A stretch of 34,285 bases of DNA from a virus (Duplodnaviria > Caudoviricetes), in IMG/VR virus record IMGVR_UViG_3300030433_001013, positions 1 to 34,285 of that record; one strand, written 5' to 3'. The notes beneath the pieces were generated by a model. It did not search any database and was not told the origin of the DNA. It was given only the letters and a program-made list of their open reading frames with translations. Shown in pieces: positions 9,842 through 20,835 of this stretch (the stretch's first letter is position 1; every line of letters starts with the position of its first letter). A program made the position numbers and the translations under genes.

Positions 9842-10675
9842 ATGGCAAAGAAAAAAGAAACAGCTAGAGTCGAAGAGCCTGTAGTTGAAAAAACAGTGGT
9901 TGTAAAAGAACAACCTAAGGTTGAAGCTCCTAAAATAAAAGCTAAACCAAAAAATACTTGGGAAATAAAAGATAGAATATATTATTTAAAAGGTAACAAA
10001 AGACCTTTATCACACTCTGTTAGATCTGCTAATTTATTTTGGTTTGATAAAGAAAAAGGTTATGAAAGAGAAATAAAATACTGTCAAAATCAAAGTACTG
10101 TATTTGTTGATGAAATGAAAGGTCAACAAAGATTAGAACATATTATATTTAGAAGTGGAAGTTTATTTGTACCTAAAGAAAAAACTACTTTACAAAAATT
10201 TTTATCAATATATCATCCACATAATAATAGAATATTTTATGAACACAAACCAGTTGAAATAGCAGAAAATCAATTAGATTGGTTAGAGTTTGAAGTTGAG
10301 GCTTTAAAAATAGCTAAAGATATGGATATAGACAAGGCTGAGGCTATAATGAGAGTAGAAATAGGTTCTGAAGTAAATAAGTTAAGTTCTAAAGAATTAA
10401 GAAGAGATTTATTGTTATTTGCTAGAAGAAATCCTAGATTATTTGCGGAATTAACTAGTGATCAAAATGTAGAACTTAGAAACTTTGGTATAAAAGCCGT
10501 TGAGGAAGGTATATTAAAATTATCTAAAGATCAAAGATATTTTATGTGGGGATCAAATGATAGAAAAATAATGACTGTTCCTTTTGACGAGCATCCATAT
10601 TCAGCGCTAGCCGCTTGGTTTAAAACTGATGAAGGTATGGAAATATATTCAAATATAGAAAAAAGAATGAAATAA
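9842..10675 (+). CDS. Conserved-type phage protein downstream of MCP (function unknown)
   Basis: 277-aa ORF with a K/E/P-rich N-terminus, bounded by two terminators. Confidence 0.6.
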   Translation: MAKKKETARVEEPVVEKTVVVKEQPKVEAPKIKAKPKNTWEIKDRIYYLKGNKRPLSHSVRSANLFWFDKEKGYEREIKYCQNQSTVFVDEMKGQQRLEHIIFRSGSLFVPKEKTTLQKFLSIYHPHNNRIFYEHKPVEIAENQLDWLEFEVEALKIAKDMDIDKAEAIMRVEIGSEVNKLSSKELRRDLLLFARRNPRLFAELTSDQNVELRNFGIKAVEEGILKLSKDQRYFMWGSNDRKIMTVPFDEHPYSALAAWFKTDEGMEIYSNIEKRMK

Positions 10676-10693
10676 CATTTTTTAACTAATATT

Positions 10694-10723
10694 AATAGCC
10701 ACTCATTACGGGTGGCTATTTTT
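10694..10723 (+). terminator. Rho-independent terminator
   Basis: AATAGCCACTC-ATTAC-GGGTGGCTATT stem-loop (one G-U pair) followed by a T tract. Confidence 0.85.
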
Positions 10724-10750
10724 ATTTAGAGGCTAACCTTCCACTTTATT

Positions 10751-10772
10751 ATGTAACTATATAATAGTAAAA
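10751..10772 (+). promoter_or_regulatory. Putative phage promoter motif, copy 1 (ATGTAACTATATAATAGTAAAA)
   Basis: Identical 22-mer at 20105-20126. Intergenic, just after a terminator and 9 nt before an ATG. Confidence 0.65.
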
Positions 10773-10781
10773 TATATAAAA

Positions 10782-11468
10782 ATGGCAGTAGATATAAATA
10801 ACGTATACCAAAAAGTTTTAACCTTGCTTAATAAAGAGCAAAGAGGTTATTTAACGCCTCAAGAATTTAATCTATTAGCAGATAGAGCACAAAATGAAAT
10901 ATATGAAGCTTATTTTCATAAAATAAAAACTTCAGGTATGAAACCTAAAAATGATGCTGATTATGCAGATACTATTGAAATGATAGAAGAAAAATTACAT
11001 CCTTTTCATGTAGATTATTCTGTTACATCAGACGATGGCAATATAACTTTAACAACGATGTATAAGTTAATTAGTATAACTAGAGCTGGTAAGAGAATGA
11101 CCCAAGTAAATAAAAATGAAATAGATTATATAAATGGTAATCCTTTAACAAAGCCTACTATTAATAGATCTATTTTTGTAAGAGAAGACTCTAGCAATGT
11201 AACAATACATCCAGCGCCAACTACATCAACATCTTTTGAAGTTAGTTATTATAAGTCACCAACAACTCCAAGTTGGGGTTATGTAGTAGTTAATGGAAAA
11301 GCTTTGTATAACTCAACTACTACTACAGACTTCGATTTGCATCCTTGCGAAGAAGAGCCTTTGGTTTCAAGAATATTAATACTAGCAGGTACTACAATAA
11401 AACAACCTGATGCTCAACAAGCTGGAGCTCAAGATATACAATTAACACAAACTCAACAAAATTCATAA
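10782..11468 (+). CDS. Head-tail adaptor / tail ring protein
   Basis: 228 aa. N-terminal helix pair (NKEQRGYLTPQEFNLLA) and a YYKSP...DFDLHP C-terminal pattern typical of podovirus adaptor/ring proteins; fits gene order. Confidence 0.6.
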   Translation: MAVDINNVYQKVLTLLNKEQRGYLTPQEFNLLADRAQNEIYEAYFHKIKTSGMKPKNDADYADTIEMIEEKLHPFHVDYSVTSDDGNITLTTMYKLISITRAGKRMTQVNKNEIDYINGNPLTKPTINRSIFVREDSSNVTIHPAPTTSTSFEVSYYKSPTTPSWGYVVVNGKALYNSTTTTDFDLHPCEEEPLVSRILILAGTTIKQPDAQQAGAQDIQLTQTQQNS

Positions 11469-11471
11469 AAC

Positions 11472-12374
11472 ATGGGATTATTAGACGGAACAGACGCCTC
11501 TTCTTATTATAGTTCAGGTAACTCTGCAAATTATGGTAATTATCAATTTACATCATTAGAAAATATAGTAAACGCTTTCATGGTTATATATGTTGGTGAA
11601 GGCAAATTAATATCTAAGGTAAGTAGAACAGATGTGCAGTTCCACGCTATGAGAGCTATACAAGAATTATCTTACGACGTACTGCGTTCTTTTAAATCTC
11701 AAGAAATAGAAGTACCTAATACTTTGTCAATGGTTCTTCCTCAAGATTATGTTAATTACATAAAGTTAGTTAGAATAGGTAGCGACGGTATAGAAAGAAG
11801 ATTATATCCAACCAACAAAACATCTGATCCTTTCGCTATAACACAAGACTCTAATGGTGATTATCAATTTAGTGATCCTGCTAATGACAACGTTTTTGAG
11901 TTAACAGAGCAAGTGCCTAGTAATACATCTGAAAGTTTTGAAAATCAAACGCCAGTAGATTATCAACTTTATGATATAAATTATATATCTGATGTTGAAA
12001 TATCAAATGAAGGTAGAAGATATGGACTAGATCCTGTTCACTCTCAAATGAACGGATCTTTTTTTATAGATAATTTAAGAGGCTTAATAAAGTTTGGATC
12101 AGACTTAGCAAACGAAACAGTAACGCTTCACTATGTTAGCGATGGTTTAGGCACTGACTCAGAAATGGTAGTACATAAATTTTGTGAAGAGGCTTGTTAT
12201 AAACATATAATGTATGGTGTTTTATCTACAAAATCTAATATGCCAGAATATATAGTTCAAAGATATAAAAAAGAAAGATTTGCTGAAACTAGAAAAGCAA
12301 AAATAAGATTATCAAATATTAAAATGGAAGAATTTACCCAAGTACTAAAAGGCATGGGTAAACAAATTAAGTAA
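11472..12374 (+). CDS. Tail ring / tubular structural protein
   Basis: 300 aa with LPQDYVNYIKL and VTLHYVSDG segments resembling tail tubular/ring proteins; precedes the muzzle gene. Confidence 0.6.
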   Translation: MGLLDGTDASSYYSSGNSANYGNYQFTSLENIVNAFMVIYVGEGKLISKVSRTDVQFHAMRAIQELSYDVLRSFKSQEIEVPNTLSMVLPQDYVNYIKLVRIGSDGIERRLYPTNKTSDPFAITQDSNGDYQFSDPANDNVFELTEQVPSNTSESFENQTPVDYQLYDINYISDVEISNEGRRYGLDPVHSQMNGSFFIDNLRGLIKFGSDLANETVTLHYVSDGLGTDSEMVVHKFCEEACYKHIMYGVLSTKSNMPEYIVQRYKKERFAETRKAKIRLSNIKMEEFTQVLKGMGKQIK

Positions 12375-12376
12375 TT

Positions 12377-15300
12377 ATGCCGGAAATTAAACACAATTTT
12401 TCAGGTGCTAAAATGAACAAAGACGTTGATGAACGAATTGTTCCTAATGGCCAATATAGAGACGCTTTAAATGTACAAGTAGTTACTACTGATAGTGACT
12501 CTAGTGGCATAGGAGATGCTGGTACGTTGCAAAATATAAAAGGTAATTTATTAGTAGCTACAGGATCTGCTACTGTGTATGGTAGCGACAAGTCAAAAAT
12601 AATAGGTAGTATTGCAGACGAAGGCAACGATGCTTCTTATTATTTTATTGCGGCACCAGTTCCGCTAGAAGGCCTGGAACAGCTTTCATCTTCTAATAAT
12701 ACAGATATTACTGAAGGTGAAATAAGTTGGATAGATAGTATTGTTGAATTAAAAAATGATGAAGACAATACTTTAACACCTGTTATTGTAGACAAGTTTG
12801 CAGTCACAGCACCTTTAGCTAATGTGTTTGCGACAAGTGGTGGATCTATAACAAGCCCATCTGGCTATCGTTTAAATGGAGTAGTTGGTACAGCTGGCGA
12901 CGGATATGACGAATTAGTTGTTGCAGACGGCTCTAAGTATAGAGTTGGCATGCATATATATGCTAAAGCTGGTACTACAAATTTATTTTTAGAAAATGAT
13001 AATCCTTTTGTAAAAATAGTAAAAATTACAGGCAACATATTAACTTTATCTTCCAAACAGACTGCTGATTTAGATACTGCTACATTGTTTATTTTTTTAC
13101 ATCCAGAAAGAGTTTTAGAATTTGATTATTATAAAGATGGAGAATTTGGCGGAACTAACACTGTTTCTTCTATAAATATACTAAATGATCTTTTAATGTG
13201 GACTGATGGAAAACATGAGCCTAAAAAAATAAATATTGAAAGATGTAAAAGCGGTACTACTGACTTAACGAGTCACACTAAGCTACACGTAAAAAATCCT
13301 TTAACAAGCCAATTAGTTTCTGTTAATACTTTAGAGTATTTAGATGATGATAATCTTACAGATGATATAAAAAAAGAAAATATAACAGTAATAAAAGTAT
13401 CACCAACTACAGCTCCTACGCTTATAATGAAAGATAACGATAGAGACTCAGTCGCTTCTTTTCCATTAGTTAATTATCCTTTTGTTATAGACTTTGATGG
13501 AGGAGGAGTTTTAGATGCTCCGCCTGTAACTGGTGATGAACGTATGATAGAGTTTCAAAGTGGTATTGATTTTAGAATTGATGATATATATATATTTGAA
13601 GCTGCTAATGCCGTTGAACCAATAACACTAAGAGGTAAGGTAATAGCTATTGATGAAAACAATATTAATTTAATAACTATTAAATTACTTCTTGTTGATA
13701 AAGATTTAACAGCTACTAATAATCCAGCTAATTGGAATGTGTCGCTAGAAAAAAGCAAACCTTTGTTTGAAAACAAATTTGGTAGATTTGGCTATAGATA
13801 TAAATACGAAGATAACGAGTGTTCTACTTTTTCACCTTGGTCAGAGTTAGCGTTTTTACCAGGACAGTTTGCTTATACTTCTAAAAAAGGTTTTAATGAG
13901 GGTATGGCTAATAGTGTTAGGCAATTAATTATTAGAGATTTTATACCTAATAATCACATAAGACCTAATGATGTAAAGACAATAGAAATACTCTGGAAAA
14001 CATCAGATAATTCAAATGTATATATAGTTAAAAGCATAACTAGACAAGTTGATACTGAATGGAGAAATTTTGTTGATAGTGAAGAAACTAATACTGGAGA
14101 ATTAGTTATAACATCTGAGACTATATATAAAGTTGTAGAAGAAGGACAATTATTAAGAGCTTGGGACAATGTGCCTAGGTATGCTAAAGCTCAAGAGATA
14201 ACAGCTAATAGATTAGTATATGGTAACTACAAACAAGGTTATGATATAAGATCAACAGTTGGTTTAAAGCAAACTGTAGTGTCTGAGTTAGTTAATTTTC
14301 CTTTTGCTAAAAAATCTATAAAGTCATTAAGAAATTATCAATTTGGTATAGTTATTGGAGATAGATATGGAAGAGAAACACCTGTTATATCTAATGGCTA
14401 TAAAACAGATGATGGCTCTAACTTATCTGGAGATATAGACGTAAGTAAAAGCTTGGCTAGATATTCTAATAAATTTAGAATAGAACAGAGCTGGGATGGT
14501 TCTGATCCAAGTCAAATGCAATGGATGGATTACGTTAAATATTATGTAAAAGAAACATCAAACGAATATTATAATTTAATATTAGATAGGTGGTATAGTT
14601 CAGAAGATGAAAATGTTTGGCTGTCTTTTGTTTCTGCTGATAGAAATAAAATAGACGAACAAACATATTTAATATTAAAAAACGAACACGGTAGCCAACA
14701 ACACGTTGAAGAAAAAGCTAGATATAAAGTTTTAGCTATAGCTAATGAAGCGCCAGATCATATTAAAACTGATAATAGAGACTTTGATAGAATACAAATA
14801 GACAAGCCAAATGTATATGGTAGCGACGACGACGGGACAGTTACAGCTGTCAGCGATGGCTTACCAGCTCAATTAGTAGGAAACAAAACTATAAGAACAG
14901 CTAATGAGTTTACTATAAAAGGTCAAGATTTTAAAGGTATACCTAAAGTAAGAATAGTTGCAGAATATACTACAAATGCTGGCGTTAAAAAAGAGGCTTT
15001 TACTCCCTTTAAAACAGTTGCTAGATTTATTAATTCTAATGAAGAAGATGATGAAAGTCCTGAAGATAATGGATTAGTTCTTAGAGAGGCTTTTACAGCT
15101 GGTCAATTAAATTTATATCAAAAAATAGCAGTTCAGCTAGACGATGTATCAGAGCTACCCGTAGCAGACGTAGATGAGGATAATGATTTTAAATATTTTA
15201 TAGAACTAAGAGATGCTGTTGTAGAAAACAAACCTCAATTTGATGGAAAGTTTTTTGTTAAAATAGCTAAAGATGATGTTTTAGAACAAAGAGTTTTAGG

Positions 15301-18181
15301 ACAACAAGGTGGTAATTATGAAGTTTTATCAACTTATCAAATAGGTTATATAGCTAATCAACAAACAAATCCAGCTCAAACTTCAAGTTATGCATCTTCA
15401 CAACCGTTTGAAGACTTTGCTTGGCCTAGTAATACTCAATTAGGATTTAGCAACTCTACAATAGCTGGAACAACAAATGGTTTACCAAACTTTGGACCAG
15501 GTGATAGTGGCACTACAGATACCTTTTGGGTTGCTTGGTATAATAACAGCAATAGAACTGCTGATATATTTATAGATGAAGTGCCAGCTTTTAGTGGTTT
15601 TAATTTACAAACAGCCGATGGGGTTGACGCTTTACCTAGTTTTAATTCTGGATTATCACCAATAAATACTTTTGAAGGAGAAACTAACTGGCAGCCACAA
15701 GGGCTTTCTAATGGTACTTTTGAAGAAACAGTTTGGGGATCAGATGATAATCTAGGTCAAATTACTTTTTCTATGATTGGCGGCGTAAATAATCCTGCTT
15801 GGGTTGGTTCTAATTCTTATTTTAAAGCCAAAATGCAAACAGCAGGAACACTATTTAGATTTAGAGATGATCCTAATCAAATTGTTTATAGAGTATTTCA
15901 TTCATTTCAAAGCGTAGATGGATCTGATGCTGGCGTTCCAGGTGGTCCTATAACTATAGAAAGTAAAAACTTTGCTAATGACGGCTCTAGTATATATGTT
16001 GATAGAACAAGTATCATAGTTAGATTTTCAAGATTAGATGTTAGTGGTGCTGACACGGGCGCTGGTATTGATGCTAGTGTTTGGGATCCAAGAGCAGAAG
16101 TTCAACACAATGGACTTACTAGTATGACTATAGAAATAGTGCAAAGAGTTCCTTCGCAAGATATAACAGATGATACTATAGCTACTAACGCAGCGTGTTT
16201 TGAAACAGAACCAAAAGAAGATATAGGATTAGATATATATTATGAAGTAAGTAGCGCTGTGCCTATAAGATTAAATCAAAGAAATATAAAAGATTTTGCT
16301 GTACCAAATAATGATAGAGAAAAGGCTAGCTTGTTTAAAGTAAGCACTAGAACTAGCTCTAATAATGTTTTATTACCTGTAACAATATCAGGTAATCCGT
16401 TTGTATATAAAACGCATGCAGATAGATACGTACAAATACGTAGAGATGTTGACGGTGTAGAAACTGACTTACAAACAATATCTACTGGTGCAAATAGTTC
16501 TGATGGTATATGTGCTGCTATAGACGATATTGTTTCTTTTGAAGATAGAAGTGGTTTAGTAAAAAGATCAAAAATAATAAACCACGCAAAATTAAATAGC
16601 TCGTCTGGAGTTATAGTTAGTCCAGATAGTAGTACATATTCTAGTGCTACAGTAGACATGGTTAGTACGCAAAGTGGTGAATTTTATTACGTATCAGCCA
16701 CTAATATAACAAACAATATAAATAGCAATAGCGTTATTGGTGCTCAAATTACTGGTAGCGGTATAATGCCAGGAACTTTTATTATTGGTCAAGGTAATCC
16801 AGTAGCTAATTCTGTTATATTAAATAAAAAGCCAGAAACAGCAATGCCGTTTACTAGTGATGTTACAATAACTATTGTTACTGGTATATTTGAATTAGAT
16901 ACGCAAGTGTGGAAATATCCAGTTGATATAGGTTGGCATAATTGTTATTCTTATGGTAATGGTGTAGAGTCAGATAGAATACGTGATGATTTTAATACAC
17001 CAACAATTGATAACGGAATAAAAGTTTCTTCTACATTTTTAGAATACGGAGAAGAACAAAAAGAGAGTAGTATGATATTTTCAGGATTATATAACTCAAC
17101 GTCTGGAGTTAATGATCTTAATCAGTTCAATATGGCTAATAAAATAACAAAAGATTTAAATACTACTTATAGTTCTATACAAAGAATGAAGACTAGAGAT
17201 AACGATGTTGTTGTTTTTACTGAAGATAAAGTGTTAAAAGTTTTATCTAGTAAAGATGCTATATTTAACGCTGATGGCAACCCACAGTTAGTAGCTACTA
17301 ATAGAGTGTTAGGTCAAGCAATACCTTTTGCTGGAGACTATGGTATTTCTAAAAACCCAGAGTCTTTAGCTGTAGATAATTATAGGATGTACTTTACTGA
17401 TATGCAAAGAGGAGCTGTGTTAAGACTATCTGGCAATGGAATAACACCTATATCAGATGTAGGTATGAAAAATTATTTTAGAGAAAATTTAAAAAGATGT
17501 AATAATTTAGTTGGTTCATTTGACGGCGTTAATGGTGAATACAATTTAAGCATGCACGCAAAGCCATCAAAAAGTGGGATGGCATCAACAACAATTACGT
17601 TTAACGAACAAAGTAAAGGTTGGATTAGTTTTAAATCATTTGTTACACTAGCTGGTGTTAGTGTTAGCGATAAATATTATACAGTTAGTAATAACGAAAT
17701 ATATGAGCATTACAGAGAGTTAGATTCAAACGGTGATGCTGTAGCTAGAAATAATTTTTACGGAGTTCAATATGATTCTATGGTTGAAGTTTTATTTAAT
17801 GAAGTTGCTAGTAGTATAAAATCTTTTAAAGCAGTTAACTATGAAGGTTCACAGTCTAAAATAACAGAATTTACAACATCTACAACTGATGACAGTGGTA
17901 ATGAAATTGGATTTACAGCCAATGATGGAGAGTATTATAATTTATCAGCAAAAACTGGCTGGTATGTAGATAATTTTTCTACTGATTTACAAGAGGGATC
18001 AGTTCCTGAATTTATAGAAAAAGAAGGAAAGTGGTTTAATTATATAAGAGGTCAAGCAACATCATTGAGTAATTTAGATACTAGTGAAGCATCTGTTCAA
18101 GGTCTTGGTTTTCCATCATCAGAGCCGTTATATAGTAGTGGTTCTAACAATCAAGTTACAATAACAATAAACGCAGTTTAA
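12377..18181 (+). CDS. Tail stabilisation/muzzle (nozzle) protein, P22 gp10-like with large insertions
   Basis: N-terminal MNKDVDERIVPNGQYRDALN; C-terminal GDYGISKNPES...YFTDMQRGAVLRL and KEGKWFNYI motifs recalled from this family in Bacteroidota podoviruses. Confidence 0.75.
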   Translation: MPEIKHNFSGAKMNKDVDERIVPNGQYRDALNVQVVTTDSDSSGIGDAGTLQNIKGNLLVATGSATVYGSDKSKIIGSIADEGNDASYYFIAAPVPLEGLEQLSSSNNTDITEGEISWIDSIVELKNDEDNTLTPVIVDKFAVTAPLANVFATSGGSITSPSGYRLNGVVGTAGDGYDELVVADGSKYRVGMHIYAKAGTTNLFLENDNPFVKIVKITGNILTLSSKQTADLDTATLFIFLHPERVLEFDYYKDGEFGGTNTVSSINILNDLLMWTDGKHEPKKINIERCKSGTTDLTSHTKLHVKNPLTSQLVSVNTLEYLDDDNLTDDIKKENITVIKVSPTTAPTLIMKDNDRDSVASFPLVNYPFVIDFDGGGVLDAPPVTGDERMIEFQSGIDFRIDDIYIFEAANAVEPITLRGKVIAIDENNINLITIKLLLVDKDLTATNNPANWNVSLEKSKPLFENKFGRFGYRYKYEDNECSTFSPWSELAFLPGQFAYTSKKGFNEGMANSVRQLIIRDFIPNNHIRPNDVKTIEILWKTSDNSNVYIVKSITRQVDTEWRNFVDSEETNTGELVITSETIYKVVEEGQLLRAWDNVPRYAKAQEITANRLVYGNYKQGYDIRSTVGLKQTVVSELVNFPFAKKSIKSLRNYQFGIVIGDRYGRETPVISNGYKTDDGSNLSGDIDVSKSLARYSNKFRIEQSWDGSDPSQMQWMDYVKYYVKETSNEYYNLILDRWYSSEDENVWLSFVSADRNKIDEQTYLILKNEHGSQQHVEEKARYKVLAIANEAPDHIKTDNRDFDRIQIDKPNVYGSDDDGTVTAVSDGLPAQLVGNKTIRTANEFTIKGQDFKGIPKVRIVAEYTTNAGVKKEAFTPFKTVARFINSNEEDDESPEDNGLVLREAFTAGQLNLYQKIAVQLDDVSELPVADVDEDNDFKYFIELRDAVVENKPQFDGKFFVKIAKDDVLEQRVLGQQGGNYEVLSTYQIGYIANQQTNPAQTSSYASSQPFEDFAWPSNTQLGFSNSTIAGTTNGLPNFGPGDSGTTDTFWVAWYNNSNRTADIFIDEVPAFSGFNLQTADGVDALPSFNSGLSPINTFEGETNWQPQGLSNGTFEETVWGSDDNLGQITFSMIGGVNNPAWVGSNSYFKAKMQTAGTLFRFRDDPNQIVYRVFHSFQSVDGSDAGVPGGPITIESKNFANDGSSIYVDRTSIIVRFSRLDVSGADTGAGIDASVWDPRAEVQHNGLTSMTIEIVQRVPSQDITDDTIATNAACFETEPKEDIGLDIYYEVSSAVPIRLNQRNIKDFAVPNNDREKASLFKVSTRTSSNNVLLPVTISGNPFVYKTHADRYVQIRRDVDGVETDLQTISTGANSSDGICAAIDDIVSFEDRSGLVKRSKIINHAKLNSSSGVIVSPDSSTYSSATVDMVSTQSGEFYYVSATNITNNINSNSVIGAQITGSGIMPGTFIIGQGNPVANSVILNKKPETAMPFTSDVTITIVTGIFELDTQVWKYPVDIGWHNCYSYGNGVESDRIRDDFNTPTIDNGIKVSSTFLEYGEEQKESSMIFSGLYNSTSGVNDLNQFNMANKITKDLNTTYSSIQRMKTRDNDVVVFTEDKVLKVLSSKDAIFNADGNPQLVATNRVLGQAIPFAGDYGISKNPESLAVDNYRMYFTDMQRGAVLRLSGNGITPISDVGMKNYFRENLKRCNNLVGSFDGVNGEYNLSMHAKPSKSGMASTTITFNEQSKGWISFKSFVTLAGVSVSDKYYTVSNNEIYEHYRELDSNGDAVARNNFYGVQYDSMVEVLFNEVASSIKSFKAVNYEGSQSKITEFTTSTTDDSGNEIGFTANDGEYYNLSAKTGWYVDNFSTDLQEGSVPEFIEKEGKWFNYIRGQATSLSNLDTSEASVQGLGFPSSEPLYSSGSNNQVTITINAV

Positions 18182-18182
18182 A

Positions 18183-19718
18183 ATGGCTAATTACACAATA
18201 TCAACATTAACGCTCACAGAAACTATAGGTGATTCGCCTTTCTTTGGTACAATGGCTAGCTCAGGTACTATGGAAGCAACGCCTGACGAGGGCTATGTAG
18301 TATCTGCTTCTAATTTTTCTCATGGCACATTACCTAGCGCTATATCTTCAGTAACATTTGCTGACTCAACTACGGCCGGGCAGCCAGGTAATAAAGTTAC
18401 TATAACAGTTAATATAGATACTAATTTTACAGCAGAAACAGATGTTACTATTAATATACCTATAACTGGTAGTGCTCAATTATTTATACAAGAGCAAACT
18501 CCTATTACGTATAATATTATAATGAAAGATGCAGTGTCAGCGTTATTTACCGATGCTGCCGCAGCTTCTACGATATTAGTATTTTCACCTTTATTGAATT
18601 CTACAACTACTGACAGCGCTGGCGTTATAACTCATAATTTAAGAGGAACAATATCGTCTCACGAACCCACTGCAGTAGCGCAGTTATTTATAACGGCTAG
18701 TAGTGGAAGAATTTTACCAATACCGTTTCTTAGATATGAAAATATAGGTAGTGAAACTGTAACATTAGAATTAGTAAGCTCAACTACTTCAAATGATGAA
18801 AAAACTTTATATAAGTTTAATGTAATGCTTAAAAGTTCTGTTGATATCAACGCTCTTACTGATGGCCATGTTATTTTTATAGAATACAAAGCTGTACCAA
18901 CTCAAGTTATTACTAATCCAGAAATAAAAAGAATAGAATATGGTTCTAATGAAATATCTCAAAATGGAGCTGATAGAAATATTAAAGTAATAGGTGACGT
19001 TGGGGCTGAGTTTGATTTAATAATAACTAAAGAAAGTGATAAAACTTCCATATTAGATACTTCTTTAGCTAAGACTGATATTGTATTTCCAGGAGCAGGA
19101 TTAATAAAAGCTATTAGCAAAACATTAGAATCAAAAGAAAAATTTTCAAACAAGCCGTCTGGTATATTATTAGGTGAGTTTGAATTTAGACAAACTTTTC
19201 CTTCAGTTACATCATCTGAAAAATATAATATAGAAGTAATACCTAAAAACACTACAATATTAAATTCAAATTTACCTCAAATAGGGCCTCAAGTTATATT
19301 AGATCAATTTAAAGACCCTGTGTTAACATTGTCTACTTCTTTAGGTGGTATATCAACTAATAATCCGTCTAATATAGTTGTTAACGGCAAGCCTAATTCT
19401 AAACCAGAAAGACTAACACATATAAAAACTATAAATGAAATATTTCAAATTAGCTATTCATTAACTCATACTAGCGGCGCTGGTCATACGGTAGGTGCAA
19501 GTGTTGCAACGCCTAAGTGGTCAAGCACTACCGCAGCTGACTCTCATTGGACTAATTCAGTTAAAGAAGATAATGGTGGAACTCATATTGAAATAATAAA
19601 CATGGTTGCTACAGCTGGTGATCCAACTGCTACATTTACGGCAGACGTTGTAGTTAAAAAATTTGGCAACGCAGATGTTACAATGAACTTAGATTTAAGT
19701 CAAATATTTTCAACTTAA
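18183..19718 (+). CDS. Beta-rich tail-associated structural protein
   Basis: 511 aa, T/S/I-rich with Ig-like strand patterns (ATPDEGYVV); located in the tail module. Confidence 0.5.
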   Translation: MANYTISTLTLTETIGDSPFFGTMASSGTMEATPDEGYVVSASNFSHGTLPSAISSVTFADSTTAGQPGNKVTITVNIDTNFTAETDVTINIPITGSAQLFIQEQTPITYNIIMKDAVSALFTDAAAASTILVFSPLLNSTTTDSAGVITHNLRGTISSHEPTAVAQLFITASSGRILPIPFLRYENIGSETVTLELVSSTTSNDEKTLYKFNVMLKSSVDINALTDGHVIFIEYKAVPTQVITNPEIKRIEYGSNEISQNGADRNIKVIGDVGAEFDLIITKESDKTSILDTSLAKTDIVFPGAGLIKAISKTLESKEKFSNKPSGILLGEFEFRQTFPSVTSSEKYNIEVIPKNTTILNSNLPQIGPQVILDQFKDPVLTLSTSLGGISTNNPSNIVVNGKPNSKPERLTHIKTINEIFQISYSLTHTSGAGHTVGASVATPKWSSTTAADSHWTNSVKEDNGGTHIEIINMVATAGDPTATFTADVVVKKFGNADVTMNLDLSQIFST

Positions 19719-19728
19719 AATATAAATT

Positions 19729-20094
19729 ATGCCTACAATAACAATAGAAATACCTAAATCAGATTTTTTATCTTTACAAGTTGGCGATACAGCTTATTAC
19801 GCAACGCCTAATGATAATATCGCTGGCTTTAGAAATGCTGATCAATCAGATATAGTAGAGATAGGTACTATAACAGCAGTTACTATTGCCTCACCTAATG
19901 TTGTACTCACGTGCGAAATAGACGCTGGTACAACTCCTCCTACTAGTAGTGACTTTATTTTATTTTCAAAAGATAATAAAGTAAACTTGTCTTCTTTATT
20001 AGGTTATTACGCTTCTGTTAAACTACGAAATAACTCTACTACAAAAGCTGAAATGTATTCTGTGGCTTGTGAAATAAACGAAAGTAGTAAATAG
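19729..20094 (+). CDS. Small tail-associated protein
   Basis: 121 aa with SLQVGDTAYY and LLGYYASVKLRN segments; ends in TAG. Confidence 0.5.
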   Translation: MPTITIEIPKSDFLSLQVGDTAYYATPNDNIAGFRNADQSDIVEIGTITAVTIASPNVVLTCEIDAGTTPPTSSDFILFSKDNKVNLSSLLGYYASVKLRNNSTTKAEMYSVACEINESSK

Positions 20095-20104
20095 CGTGCA
20101 AAAA

Positions 20105-20126
20105 ATGTAACTATATAATAGTAAAA
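20105..20126 (+). promoter_or_regulatory. Putative phage promoter motif, copy 2
   Basis: Identical to 10751-10772. Heads the ejection-protein genes, 10 nt before the ATG. Confidence 0.65.
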
Positions 20127-20136
20127 ATTAAGTAAT

Positions 20137-20823
20137 ATGGCAAATAAAAAAAGAAGTCCTTTTCCGTGGGTTGGAGCTGCTGTTAGTTTAGTTGGTGGTA
20201 TAGTTAATTATGCCTCTGCTGCTAAAGAAGCAAAGAGAGCACAAGATAGATTAGACGCCGCGCAAGATGAATTTACTCAAATGAAAGATGTTTACTCTTC
20301 AGTAGACACTAGTAATCCGTTTGAGAACATAACAAATCAATTTGCTGGCATGGAAAACACGATGGAAGATTTGACTGTAAATCAGCAACAAGCGGACTTT
20401 CAAGCTCAACAGTTTCAACAATCACAAGCTAATATATTAGGCGGGCTTAGAGGTGCGGCCGGTGGTAGTGGTATAGCAGCGCTAGCTCAAACATTAGCTA
20501 GACAAGGTCAATTAGCTTCACAGCAATCAGCGGCTAGTATAGGTCAACAAGAAGCGGCTAATCAAAAAGCAGCAGCACAGCAAGCGGCTAATTTACAAAT
20601 GCAAGAAAGATCAGGGGCTCAACAAGTGCAACAACAAATAGCTCAAGGCCAACAATTTGCACAACAATTAGAAATGCAAAAGCAACAAACATTAATGAAT
20701 TTAGCTGGAGATCAAAGAAAGTTTGCACAAGAACAACAAGCTTTAGCTGATCAAAACAAGAGTCAAGCTTTACAAGGTGTAATAGGAGGAGTTGGTAATT
20801 TAGCAGGTAGTTTTTTAGGATAA
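20137..20823 (+). CDS. Internal virion / DNA ejection protein (small)
   Basis: Gly/Ala hydrophobic ends (WVGAAVSLVGGIV; GVIGGVGNLAGSFLG) and a Q/A-rich helical core, typical of T7 gp14-like or P22 ejection proteins. Confidence 0.65.
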   Translation: MANKKRSPFPWVGAAVSLVGGIVNYASAAKEAKRAQDRLDAAQDEFTQMKDVYSSVDTSNPFENITNQFAGMENTMEDLTVNQQQADFQAQQFQQSQANILGGLRGAAGGSGIAALAQTLARQGQLASQQSAASIGQQEAANQKAAAQQAANLQMQERSGAQQVQQQIAQGQQFAQQLEMQKQQTLMNLAGDQRKFAQEQQALADQNKSQALQGVIGGVGNLAGSFLG

Positions 20824-20835
20824 AAATATAAAATT

